64,000 bases of DNA, from the NCBI GenBank assembly GCA_009838645.1, contig VXRC01000024.1, positions 18,494 to 82,493 of the forward strand, written 5' to 3'. The position numbers were made by a program, and so were the translations under genes. The notes under the pieces are model-generated. The model saw only the letters and a program-made list of their open reading frames with translations. It searched no databases and had not been told where the DNA came from. This DNA comes from Gemmatimonadota bacterium. Lineage in GTDB: Bacteria; JAAXHH01. Below, piece by piece: positions 1 through 9,304 of this stretch; position 1 is the first letter of the stretch, and each line of letters starts with the position of its first letter.

Positions 1-582
1 ACGGACGGATTCCTGTTCCCCAACCGGGTCCTGGAGGAAAGGGGGCTCATGCAGCGGAAGGGTTTTCCGGAAAGCTACGATCTCCGGCGCCTGGTGCGGA
101 CGATGGCGGACGTGAAGTCGGGCCGCGAATCGGTTACCGTTCCGGTGTACCGGCACCTGATCTACGATATCGTGCCGGGCGTCGAAAAGACGATCACGCA
201 GCCGGACATCATCATCCTGGAGGGGCTGAACATCCTGCAGACCGGCCATCACCTGACCGGCGACGCGTCGCCCCGCGTCTTCGTCTCCGATTTCATCGAT
301 TTCTCGATCTACGTGGAGGCGGAGGAACACGACCTGGAGCAGTGGTACGTCGATCGCTTCCTCAGGCTGCGGGACACCGCGTTCCGGAACCCAGAATCCT
401 ACTTCCATCACTATGCGGGGTTGAGCACGGAAGAGGCAGTGGAAACGGCCCGGGGGATCTGGCGGGACATCAACCTGGTGAATCTGCGCGAGAACATCAT
501 CCCGACGCGCGAACGGGCGGACCTGATCCTGGAAAAGGGCACGAACCACCGGGTGACAGGGGTGTACCAGCGAAAGTTGTAG
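1..582 (+). CDS. coaA: Type I pantothenate kinase, C-terminal ~190 aa; 5' end lies outside the window
   Basis: Frame 1 is open from nt 1. The translation ([27 protein letters not shown]...[11 protein letters not shown]...[13 protein letters not shown]...[14 protein letters not shown]) is colinear with the C-terminal half of E. coli CoaA. Stop at 580-582. Confidence 0.85.
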   Translation, partial: TDGFLFPNRVLEERGLMQRKGFPESYDLRRLVRTMADVKSGRESVTVPVYRHLIYDIVPGVEKTITQPDIIILEGLNILQTGHHLTGDASPRVFVSDFIDFSIYVEAEEHDLEQWYVDRFLRLRDTAFRNPESYFHHYAGLSTEEAVETARGIWRDINLVNLRENIIPTRERADLILEKGTNHRVTGVYQRKL

Positions 583-728
583 CCAGGTGGGTTTCGTGAT
601 CAGCGCTGGGACATCAGGTGCAACTGGAATCCAGCAGAATCCAGCACACAAAACATTGTAATTAATAAAGTTATTGGATAACTACTCAGAAGTCTAGATT
701 AGAACTTTCTTCTGAGCGAAGGAGACTT

Positions 729-1805
729 ATGAGCGGTATTTGGACGAAGATCGATGGTAAATGGCGAGCTGCTTCTTCAAGGGATTTCGAACGCGAGAAA
801 GAACTTCATGACCTTGTTGAGGAGAACATTGGAATGTTACCCTTAGCTGGTTCTCCTCGTCTTTTTGTGCTTGGTCGAGAAGTGCAGCTGGGTAGTGGAT
901 ATGCCGATTTGTTGGCGGTAGAGGCATCCGGTCGCCCAGTCATTGCCGAAGTAAAGCTTGCCAGGAGTTCTGAAGCCAAACGGGCGATTGTGGCGCAGGT
1001 GATTTCGTATGCGGCGTTTCTTCAGGGATTCGATGTCGAATCTCTGGCAAAAGGGCCATTGAGCAAATCGCTGTCTGACCGGGAACAAGATTCTATTCTA
1101 GGCATGGTAATGACACAGGACCAGGAAGATGAGATTGACTCCGATACTTTTGAGACTTCGCTGCAGGAGTATCTGACCAACGGCATGTTCAGGCTCGTAC
1201 TTATAATGGACGATTCGTCTGAAGAATTGGAACGTGTAATCGCATATCTCGATTCCGTTACGAAGCAGTCACTTACTATAGATCTAATTACATTCCGGAT
1301 TTACTACGTAAATGGTACGGAAGTCGCAATGCCGCAACGAATATCACCAGATCTCAGTTTGACGTCGGATTCTGTGAGTGGGCTGTCAACTAAGAGAGCA
1401 TCTAAAGCAAGAAAGTCTGATGGTCCAGACGCTTTTATTGCTTCGTTTTCTGATATCGAAGGTGAAATTCGAGAGGTGTTTAATCAGCTTGTGGATTGGG
1501 CGATAGAGATTGAGAAAATCCAGGGAGTAAACCTGTATACGGCTACAGGTGTGAATAAAAGCAGATTTACGCTACTGCCTAGACTTGCAACGGAAAATGC
1601 TGGACTCATCACGATCTGGAACGATAACAAAAAACCATACATTTCGTTTTGGCGTGGAGTTTTTGAGAGGCGAGCACCAAACTCGATTGAAGCAGTGGAA
1701 AAAGCAGCGGGCTTAAAAATCGGCCATGGCAATGTCGTTAATGAAATCTCATCAGCTCTATTGGATGCATTGAAATCAGCATACTTAGAGGCAACAAAAT
1801 CTTAG
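729..1805 (+). CDS. PD-(D/E)xK nuclease-fold protein: NucS/DUF91-like N-terminal domain (GYADLLAVEASGRPVIAEVKLARSSEAKRAIVAQVISYA) plus a ~250-aa uncharacterized C-terminal region
   Basis: 1077-nt ORF with an AGGAG RBS (719-723) before the ATG. The N-terminal ~100 aa match the D...E-x-K core pattern of the NucS C-domain/DUF91. The gene and its flank (600-1810) are ~45% GC against a ~65% backbone. Confidence 0.55.
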   Translation: MSGIWTKIDGKWRAASSRDFEREKELHDLVEENIGMLPLAGSPRLFVLGREVQLGSGYADLLAVEASGRPVIAEVKLARSSEAKRAIVAQVISYAAFLQGFDVESLAKGPLSKSLSDREQDSILGMVMTQDQEDEIDSDTFETSLQEYLTNGMFRLVLIMDDSSEELERVIAYLDSVTKQSLTIDLITFRIYYVNGTEVAMPQRISPDLSLTSDSVSGLSTKRASKARKSDGPDAFIASFSDIEGEIREVFNQLVDWAIEIEKIQGVNLYTATGVNKSRFTLLPRLATENAGLITIWNDNKKPYISFWRGVFERRAPNSIEAVEKAAGLKIGHGNVVNEISSALLDALKSAYLEATKS

Positions 1806-1834
1806 CGTCTGGAACCACCCCTCCACATCGATCG

Positions 1835-3424
1835 TCACCGCAGAAACCGTTTCAGCACGTTGGACGTGACCCTGGACACCACGTCGTCCACGAGGATCGA
1901 CGAGGGGTAGGTGATCGATCCCGCAGAGAAAACCATCCCTCCGCTGTCCGTCTCATGGACGACCATTTCGGCCCCGCCGTCGTCTACGTTGGTTCCCTTG
2001 GCAAGCAGGTGAGTGTTCTTGGGCGAGTTCCGTGTGATCTTGTCCGTTTCGTGTCCCGACGCCCCTCCGGGTACCCGTTCGTGCAGGCTCGCTTCGCCGA
2101 AGATGTCTCCCACCGCGACGCCGGTACCCTCGAAGACCCAGTGACCCGCGTCGACCACGCGGTAGGGCGCGCTGGTCATGATCCCCGTGCGGGTGAAGGC
2201 CACACCGAGAAGGTTGGCCTCGGATTCGTTGTAGATGTTGAAGCGGCTTTCGATGCCCTCCCCTGGCCGGTCGAGCGAATCGATGTTGCCGTTCCTGACC
2301 TTCATCGTGTATTCGTCGACGAACTCGACCTCACAGTTCAGGCCGTTGCCGCCCAGGTACATGAGCCGGCCGCCGGATTCGAACACCCAGTCCTTGAGCT
2401 GGTAGTACATGTCCCGCGACCAGTATTCCGGATGGGTGGTGGTGATAAGCACCCTGTACCCGTCCAGGGGCAGCGTGCCGTCGTGAAACTGAGTCTCGGC
2501 GTAGAGGTCGTAGCCGAATCCCTCCCGTTCCATCCAGGCCAGGAACCGCCACTCGGCGGGCGCCACATGACAGGCCGCGCGGCCCCGGATCATGTCGGTG
2601 GCTTCCGTGTCCGCTGGGATATGATTGATGGGTTCCGGCCGGTCGAAGGAGAGCGGCGCGTAGTCGTCGGCGCTGTACATCCGGTGCTTCGAATCGGTAT
2701 ACCGCTTCAGGTCGTACCGTGCGTTGACCGTGGGGGTCGGGGGAAAGGCATCGGTGTGGATGTAGTTGCTGCGGCCCCCGAAGTTGTTGTAGGCGTTCCA
2801 GTTGATGTTGGCGGCCAGTACGGCGACGCCGGTCGTCGGCGCGGCGGGCGCGACGATCCAGGGGAAGGAGAAAAAACCGCCCACCTCCGTGGACGCGTGG
2901 AGGTAGTACAGGCCGGACCGTTCCGGCGCCTCGATGTACTGTTTGTGGGCGGGGTTCGTATAGCCCTGGGTATTCCACCGCACCCCGGTCCGGGTATAGT
3001 CGCCGTCGGGCGTGATCTGCATGGTGGCGCGGGGGCCGTGTTCGTCGTACCAGCCGATGTTCCGCACGAACTCCTTCTTCCATCCGTAGCGGTACAATTC
3101 GAGCTGGTAAGCCTCCACCGCGTGCACGCGGAACTCCGATTTCTCCCCGGACCGGACCCACTTGGGCCACATGTACCCCAGCAGGCTGTCCCGCAGCAGC
3201 CGGAAATGGTACGGCTCCCCATCGCGCGGGGTCATGTACACGCTCTTGTACCCGAAATCCGGGCCTGCCAGCGTGACCCTGTACTCCCGGCCTGGCTTCA
3301 CGTCCGCGTAGACCGACCCCGTGGCCCGGGAGCGCGCCTCGATGGACGCTCCATCGGCTTCGAATTCCAGCAGGACATCGGGAATGGCGACGTAGCGTTC
3401 GTCGCTGACGTACCCTACAAGCAT
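1835..3424 (-). CDS. N,N-dimethylformamidase beta-subunit-like family protein (family assignment tentative)
   Basis: The long ORF is 1835..3529. The likely start is the ATG at 3422-3424 (MLVGYVSDERY...), preceded by GGAGGT. The 529-aa product resembles large DMFase beta-subunit-like hydrolases. Assignment rests on recollection of family motifs, not a search. Confidence 0.5.
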   Translation of the reverse strand: MLVGYVSDERYVAIPDVLLEFEADGASIEARSRATGSVYADVKPGREYRVTLAGPDFGYKSVYMTPRDGEPYHFRLLRDSLLGYMWPKWVRSGEKSEFRVHAVEAYQLELYRYGWKKEFVRNIGWYDEHGPRATMQITPDGDYTRTGVRWNTQGYTNPAHKQYIEAPERSGLYYLHASTEVGGFFSFPWIVAPAAPTTGVAVLAANINWNAYNNFGGRSNYIHTDAFPPTPTVNARYDLKRYTDSKHRMYSADDYAPLSFDRPEPINHIPADTEATDMIRGRAACHVAPAEWRFLAWMEREGFGYDLYAETQFHDGTLPLDGYRVLITTTHPEYWSRDMYYQLKDWVFESGGRLMYLGGNGLNCEVEFVDEYTMKVRNGNIDSLDRPGEGIESRFNIYNESEANLLGVAFTRTGIMTSAPYRVVDAGHWVFEGTGVAVGDIFGEASLHERVPGGASGHETDKITRNSPKNTHLLAKGTNVDDGGAEMVVHETDSGGMVFSAGSITYPSSILVDDVVSRVTSNVLKRFLR

Positions 3425-3685
3425 CTTGGACCTCCGGTTGGCGGATGTTCCGGCACGGTTTCCGGCCGTTGTGAGCATTGCGGGCTTGCATGGTGTCTGG
3501 TTGTGCTGAGGACCAGACCCGGAAGACAATGTACACCGAACTTCATCGCCGTCAACCGTACCGGCGAGTCACACCGCAACCGCCGAATTACCTTTGACAC
3601 GGAATCGGGGCGGATGTTACCTTGGCAGTCCGTGTAGTGAGCCGAATCCCTCGTACGTTTTCTATTCGACAAGGACCCTGGCATC

Positions 3686-6445
3686 GTGCCTGCCTGCCGG
3701 TTCAAAGATATCGCGCGCCTGGCCGAACCCGGCGACAACGTGGCCATCGTCTCCCGGCGTCTGGAAGCGGGAACGGACGTGAGAGACGACGCCGGCGCGT
3801 CCTTCTCCCTCGCCCATACCTTGCTGGAAGGGCACCGGTTCGCCGTCCAGCCCATACCCGCCGGGGAGTTCGTCCTGTCCTGGGGTCTGCCCTTCGGCCG
3901 GGCGACCCGGGACATCGCGCCCGGCGACTACCTCTGCAACCCGGACATCCTCGACGCGCTCCGCGTCCGAAAAGTCGATTTCGCCCTCCCGGACCAGCCC
4001 AATTTCGAAGACCGCGTAGTGCCCTACGAACTGGACGAATCCACCTTCAAAGCAGGCGAGCAGGTACCGCTCAGTAACCGTCCGCCGGAGTTCGACGGTT
4101 TCGACCGCGGTCCGGCGCGAGGTGTCGGGACCCGAAACTATATCATTCTGCTGGGCATTACGTCGCAGTCGACGGGTTTCGTGCGGCGCCTGGAATCGCT
4201 GCTGAAGGGCCAGGTGGATCGGTACCCGAACATCGACGGGGTGGTGGCGGTAGCCCATACCGAGGGCGGCTCGGGCGTGGATCCCAACAACCGGGAACTG
4301 GTGCTGCGGACACTGGCGGGTTTCATGGTCCATTCCAACGTCGGGGCGGTGCTTGCGGTGGACCGCGGCACCGAGTTCGTCTCGGACAGGATGCTCGAAA
4401 ACTACATGCGGCTCAACCGCTATCCATTGAACGATGTTCCCCACCGGTTCGAGACGCTCAAGGGCGGGTTCGAAGAGGACCTGGAGCGCTGCGCGGGGAT
4501 CGTCACCGGATGGTTCGAGACGGTCAACCGAGTTTCGCGGAAACCGGCTTCCGCGTCTCATCTCAACATCGTGCTTCAATGCGGTGGTTCCGATTCCTTT
4601 TCGGGCATATCGGGCAATCCCCTGGCCGCACTCGTGGCCCGGGAGATCATACGCTTCGGCGGGAAGGCCAATCTCGCGGAGACGGACGAGCTCATCGGCG
4701 GCGAGCCCTACGTACTGGACAACGTGCGGGACATCGAGACGGCCCGAACTTTCCTCCATATGATCGAGCGGTTTCAGGAACGCACGGCGTGGCACGGCCA
4801 GTCGGTGGACGCCAATCCGTCCGGCGGCAACAAGCTGCGGGGAATCTACAATATCGTGCTCAAGTCCATCGGCGCGGCCCGGAAGCGACATCCCGACGTA
4901 CGCCTCGACTACGCCATCGATTACGCGGTTCCGATGAAGGATCCGGGGTACTACTTCATGGACAGTCCGGGCAACGACCTGGAAGCCATCGCGGGGCAAG
5001 TGGCCTCCGGCGGCAATCTCATCTTCTTCATAACCGGGAATGGATCCATCACCAACTTCCCCTTCGTGCCGACGATCAAGTTCGTGACGACCACGAAGCG
5101 GTACGAGATGCTTTCGGGTGAAATGGACGTGAACGCCGGTGCCTACCTGGACGGCGTGTCCATGGAAGAACTTGGCGGGCAGACGCTCGATCTGACGCTG
5201 CGAGCGGCGTCGGGCGAGTTGACCCGCGGCGAGCGGGCGGGCCACAGCCAGACCCAGATCTGGCGCGACTGGCGGCAGACCGACGGAAGCCGGCTGCAGG
5301 ACCTGCGCGAACGTCCCGTGCCGGCGGGCAGGCCGCTGGAGGTCCGGTCGAACGGGGAATCGACGCCCCCGCCGGCTTTCAGCTTGCCCGTGTTCGAATC
5401 GAACGGATTGCGCGCCACAGAACGGATCGGCCTCATACTTCCCACCAGCCTGTGCTCCGGCCAGATCGCCCGCATAGCCGCGGAACGGTTGAGCGAAAAA
5501 GGCGTGGGGCAAGGCGCCGGCCTATCCCGTTTCGTCGCCCTGGTACACACCGAGGGATGCGGAGTTTCGGGCGGCGTCTCGGAGGAAATGTACATCCGCA
5601 CCATGGCCGGCTACCTGACCCACCCGATGACGGCGGCCGCCCTGCTCCTGGAACACGGATGCGAACGCACGCACAACGATTTCTACCGCCAGCAACTGGT
5701 CGACCGCGGCCTGGATCCCGCTAGTTTCGGCTGGGCCAGCGTGCAGCTCGACGGCGGCATCGAGAAGGTCATCGATCGCATAGAGCAATGGTTTAACGGG
5801 ACCCTGGACGAGTGCGCGGGTCCGGTCGCCGTCGAAGCCGGCCTGTCTACCCTCAGGTTGGGGGTGGCCACGGTAGGTTTGGCTGCCACGGCCGGTCCGG
5901 CTACGATCTTGTGTCCGGCTACCACGGCCGGTCCGGTTTCCGATGACGTTTCCGAAACGTTTTTTAAGTTGATCTTCGATGTCGTAGACGCGGGCGGCAC
6001 GGTCGTCGTGCCGGACAACGACGCGCTGCTCGAATACCCGGCTTTCATGCGGCGCCTGGAGGATGGAACCATATCCCCGACATTGTCCTATGGAGAGCCC
6101 GCTTCGGTACCTGGGCTTCACGTCATGGAGACGCAGACAGCCCACTGGGTAGAGACCCTGACCGGGCTGGGCGCGGCCGGCGTGGAGCTGGTCGTCGCCG
6201 GCGTCGGCGGCCCCCCCCTGCCCGGCCATCCCATGATCCCGGTGCTGCAGGTCGCCGCGGACGACCTGGCCAGCCCTTTCCGTGAAGACGTGGATCTCAT
6301 CCTGACCGGGGAACCGTTGAATCGGTGCCAGGCCGTGCTGGACCTGATCCGGAATACGGCCGCCGGGAGGCATGCGCCGCGGACCGTGGTCGTCGGCAAC
6401 ACGGATTTCCAGATAACGCGCGGATTACTCGGCGTCTCGGTGTGA
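3686..6445 (+). CDS. Altronate/galactarate dehydratase (UxaA/GarD) family protein, 919 aa, with a second degenerate UxaA-like repeat at the C-terminus
   Basis: N-terminal SAF-like segment (DNVAIVSRRLEAGTDV), then the UxaA core (GTRNYIILLGITSQSTG...AVAHTEGGSG...NLIFFITGNGSITNFPFVPTIKFVTT). Residues ~570-919 repeat the pattern (GLILPTSLCSGQIARIAAERL...ALVHTEGCGVSGG...). The halves are joined by a low-complexity linker encoded by direct DNA repeats at 5860-5950. Confidence 0.6.
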   Translation: MPACRFKDIARLAEPGDNVAIVSRRLEAGTDVRDDAGASFSLAHTLLEGHRFAVQPIPAGEFVLSWGLPFGRATRDIAPGDYLCNPDILDALRVRKVDFALPDQPNFEDRVVPYELDESTFKAGEQVPLSNRPPEFDGFDRGPARGVGTRNYIILLGITSQSTGFVRRLESLLKGQVDRYPNIDGVVAVAHTEGGSGVDPNNRELVLRTLAGFMVHSNVGAVLAVDRGTEFVSDRMLENYMRLNRYPLNDVPHRFETLKGGFEEDLERCAGIVTGWFETVNRVSRKPASASHLNIVLQCGGSDSFSGISGNPLAALVAREIIRFGGKANLAETDELIGGEPYVLDNVRDIETARTFLHMIERFQERTAWHGQSVDANPSGGNKLRGIYNIVLKSIGAARKRHPDVRLDYAIDYAVPMKDPGYYFMDSPGNDLEAIAGQVASGGNLIFFITGNGSITNFPFVPTIKFVTTTKRYEMLSGEMDVNAGAYLDGVSMEELGGQTLDLTLRAASGELTRGERAGHSQTQIWRDWRQTDGSRLQDLRERPVPAGRPLEVRSNGESTPPPAFSLPVFESNGLRATERIGLILPTSLCSGQIARIAAERLSEKGVGQGAGLSRFVALVHTEGCGVSGGVSEEMYIRTMAGYLTHPMTAAALLLEHGCERTHNDFYRQQLVDRGLDPASFGWASVQLDGGIEKVIDRIEQWFNGTLDECAGPVAVEAGLSTLRLGVATVGLAATAGPATILCPATTAGPVSDDVSETFFKLIFDVVDAGGTVVVPDNDALLEYPAFMRRLEDGTISPTLSYGEPASVPGLHVMETQTAHWVETLTGLGAAGVELVVAGVGGPPLPGHPMIPVLQVAADDLASPFREDVDLILTGEPLNRCQAVLDLIRNTAAGRHAPRTVVVGNTDFQITRGLLGVSV

Positions 6446-6499
6446 TGCGAATGAGCCGCGGACGGCCTCCTCGGCGTCTCTGTGTGAAAGGAATCCCCC

Positions 6500-7546
6500 A
6501 TGCCTCGTGAAGTCGTACGGCCCGACAAACTCGATCTCGATTCCCCCGGGCGCCGGGACTACTGGGTCGCCCTCGAACACGATTCACTTTGGGCGGACCA
6601 TCTCATCCCCCTGACGGTCATGGTCGGACCCGACGTGCGCGAAGGCGAAGGCCTTCTCGCCACAGGTTCCAACCACGGCAACGAATACGAAGGACCGGTG
6701 GCGGTCAAGGGACTGCTCCAGGAGATCGAGCTGGCAGCCGTCAAGGGGCGGCTGATCTTCATTCCCGTGCTCAACCCCGCGGCCTTCCACGCGGGCCGCC
6801 GGGCCAGTGACGCCGATGACGGGGTCAACCTGAACCGGGCTTTCGTGGACGACGCCGGCACCTCACCGGCCCTCGCGGGCATCACCCACCGGATCGCCGG
6901 GTTCGTGCGGGAACATCTCTGGCCCCGCGTGCACGTCGTGACGGATATCCATTCCGGCGGGGCCGAGCTCGACTTCGCCCTGTGTTCCAGCTTTCACGAG
7001 GTGGATGACCCGGAACAGGCCGCCGTCATCGAAGACACGGCGCGCTGGTTCGGCACGCCCTTTCTGATGGCCTACCAGAACGAGACCCCCGGGCTGATGG
7101 TCAGCGAAGCCGAGCGGCTGGGAAAGATCACGATCGGCACCGAACTGGGCTGGGGAGAGTCGGTCAATCCGGACGGCGTACGGTACGCGCGGCACGGCAT
7201 TCGGGCCGCGGCCATCCACCACGGCCAGCTTGCCGGTGACATTCAGCCTATCGCCCATCACGCCGACGGCACCCAGAAACTGACGGCCATCATCGACCGG
7301 GCCTGTTACGTTCCCGCGCCTTTCCCGGGTCACTACGAACCGCTCATGGCCTGCGGCGCGCACGTGGCGGCGGGGCAGGTCGTGGGAAACCTGCACGACT
7401 TCTACCGCGTGGACGATCCGCCCTGGCCGGTACGGGCGGGCGTGGACGGTTTCGTGCTGTCCCAGGCGTTCCGCCAGCCGGTCAGGCAGGGCAGCCACAT
7501 CCTCGTCGTGGCCCAGGAATACCAGGCGCGGTCGAATTCCGCCTAA
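6500..7546 (+). CDS. Succinylglutamate desuccinylase/aspartoacylase (AstE/AspA) family zinc hydrolase
   Basis: 348-aa ORF with the HGNE zinc motif (GSNHGNEYEG) and overall M14-like AstE/AspA topology. Confidence 0.55.
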   Translation: MPREVVRPDKLDLDSPGRRDYWVALEHDSLWADHLIPLTVMVGPDVREGEGLLATGSNHGNEYEGPVAVKGLLQEIELAAVKGRLIFIPVLNPAAFHAGRRASDADDGVNLNRAFVDDAGTSPALAGITHRIAGFVREHLWPRVHVVTDIHSGGAELDFALCSSFHEVDDPEQAAVIEDTARWFGTPFLMAYQNETPGLMVSEAERLGKITIGTELGWGESVNPDGVRYARHGIRAAAIHHGQLAGDIQPIAHHADGTQKLTAIIDRACYVPAPFPGHYEPLMACGAHVAAGQVVGNLHDFYRVDDPPWPVRAGVDGFVLSQAFRQPVRQGSHILVVAQEYQARSNSA

Positions 7547-7617
7547 TCGATCGCGACCAGTGGGCAGTCGTCCAGCCATCAGCCGGCCAGTCGGCCATCG
7601 AAACCTGCGTAATCGCA

Positions 7618-8235
7618 TTGAAGAACACGGAGGCCCGCACGCAACGACTCGAAGACCATCCCGACCGGCTGAAGTGGAACGCAAGGTACCTGGCGCCGAA
7701 GCGCTTGGCGCCCAAGGGTTTCTGCCCGCTGTACGACCGGGCGGCGGTCCTGGGATATCCGGACGGTCCCGTACTGGAACTCGCCTGCGGCCTGTCGAAC
7801 CAGGCCCTCGCCCTGGCCGGCGACGGACGCGACGTGCTTGCTGTCGACATATCAAACGTGGCCCTGGACCGTCTGCGTACGGAGGCGGCGAAAAGGGGCA
7901 TCGGGTCCCGACTGACCTGCGTGGAAGCGGACCTGGTTTCCTGGCGTCCGCCCGTCGGTCGCAAGTTCGCGCTCGTGATCTGCGTGATGTACTGGGAGGA
8001 GGCGGTCTTCGACTATGCCTGGCCCGTGGTCGCCGACGGCGGACTCATCGCCTGGCAGGGCTTTACCCTGGACCACCTGAGGTACCGGCCCTCGCAGAAC
8101 CCGGACTGGTGCTTCAAGGCGGATGAACCCGCGAGTCGGCTACCCGCCGGCGAGTATACCGTGCTGCACGAAGAGGACGTGGACGAAGGCCACCGGGTGA
8201 TCCGGCGCATGGTGGCCAGGAGGAACCGAAGCTGA
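7618..8235 (+). CDS. Class I SAM-dependent methyltransferase
   Basis: 205 aa with a glycine-rich SAM motif (VLELACGLSNQALALA) and an acidic residue (VLAVDIS) typical of the Rossmann MTase fold. Confidence 0.55.
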   Translation: MKNTEARTQRLEDHPDRLKWNARYLAPKRLAPKGFCPLYDRAAVLGYPDGPVLELACGLSNQALALAGDGRDVLAVDISNVALDRLRTEAAKRGIGSRLTCVEADLVSWRPPVGRKFALVICVMYWEEAVFDYAWPVVADGGLIAWQGFTLDHLRYRPSQNPDWCFKADEPASRLPAGEYTVLHEEDVDEGHRVIRRMVARRNRS

Positions 8236-8285
8236 GGTCCGGCCAACTGACATCCGGCCAGCTGAGATCCAGCGAGGAGACGTAC

Positions 8286-9206
8286 ATGCAGGTACAACGA
8301 ATCGCCATATTGAGCCCGGGAGAGATGGGCCATTCCGTGGGGCGGTGCCTCCAGGCGGGCGGCTTCGACGTGGCCACCTGCCTGACGGACCGGAGCGAAC
8401 GAACTCGCACGCTGACGGCGGCCGCGGGCATCCGGGACGAGCCGGACCTGGACAAACTGGTCCGGGACACGGACCTGATCCTGGCCATCCTCGTGCCCGA
8501 CCAGGCCCGGGCCCTCGCCGGCCAGGTGGCGGAGGTGATGAAACGGACCGGGTCCTCGAGACGGACCGGGTCCTCGCCGGCCTACGCCGACTGCAACGCC
8601 ATCTCCCCGGATTCGGCGCGGGAGATCGACCGGGTCGTCACCGCCGCCGGAGGCCGCTTCATCGACGCGGGCATCATCGGCGGTCCACCCGGCGCGGACG
8701 AAAAGACGCGCTTCTACGCTTCCGGCCCCCACGAGGCCATACTCACGCAACTGGACGGCCACGGCATCCTCGTCCGGCCGCTGGGCGGCGAAGTGGGCCG
8801 GGCGTCGGGCATCAAGATGTGCTATGCCTCGGTCACCAAGGGGACCTCCGCCCTCTATGCCGCGGCGCTGACGGCCGCCGAAGTCATGGACCTGAGCGAG
8901 GAACTGCTGGCGGAATTCGCCGAAAGCCAGGGGCAGCGTCTCAAGGCGATGGGCGGCGTAAACAGCCTGTCGGCCAAGGCCTTCCGCTGGATCGGTGAAA
9001 TGCAGGAGATCGCGGCGACGTACGAACGGGCCGGGGTATCGCCCGGTTTTCACGAAGGCGCCGAGCACATCTTCCGCCTCATCGCCGAAAGTCCCATTGG
9101 CCACGAACGGCCCGAGACCGTGGACCGCAACCGCACCCTGGAGGAAACCGTGGCCATCTTTGCGGACGAGGCGCGGCGGCGGGCACGCGAATCCGGGAAA
9201 GGGTAA
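8286..9206 (+). CDS. NAD(P)-binding oxidoreductase: 6-phosphogluconate-dehydrogenase-like N-domain with a DUF1932-type C-domain
   Basis: N-terminal Rossmann motif (RIAILSPGEMGHSVG), family-like C-terminal domain. Contains a short in-frame duplication (RTGSSRRTGSSP, 8547-8587). Confidence 0.5.
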   Translation: MQVQRIAILSPGEMGHSVGRCLQAGGFDVATCLTDRSERTRTLTAAAGIRDEPDLDKLVRDTDLILAILVPDQARALAGQVAEVMKRTGSSRRTGSSPAYADCNAISPDSAREIDRVVTAAGGRFIDAGIIGGPPGADEKTRFYASGPHEAILTQLDGHGILVRPLGGEVGRASGIKMCYASVTKGTSALYAAALTAAEVMDLSEELLAEFAESQGQRLKAMGGVNSLSAKAFRWIGEMQEIAATYERAGVSPGFHEGAEHIFRLIAESPIGHERPETVDRNRTLEETVAIFADEARRRARESGKG

Positions 9207-9304
9207 GCGCCATCCCTTCGATCCAGACCATCGGCATACCGGTCCGCAGCGTCAACTGGGTCCGGGTCTTCCCCACGCTGGACGGAGTCGGCCGGGACTG
9301 CCTG

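Noticed and set aside
1955-3637. Many long ORFs on the strand opposite, or in alternative frames of, real genes (e.g. 1955..3637 +, 2331..3536 -, 3662..5512 -, 5522..6373 -, 6863..7855 -, 8013..9104 -, 9050..10291 -, 21053..22201 +, 21963..23345 +, 21982..23520 -, 23586..24536 -, 24617..25852 +, 27636..28763 -, 30761..33586 +, 31035..32852 -, 33123..34835 -, 41413..43455 -, 51128..52798 +, 61968..63950 -)
   Set aside because: High-GC genomes produce long stop-free antisense and out-of-frame ORFs. Their translations are Arg/Pro/Gly-rich with no family resemblance, and each overlaps a well-supported gene.
5860-5950. Direct repeats (ccacggccggtccgg) considered as CRISPR or mobile-element repeats
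   Set aside because: Only two adjacent copies, inside a CDS, encoding an A/T/G/P-rich inter-domain linker. The same applies to repeats at 33900-34000, 40190-40262, 45060-45105 and 62390-62470.
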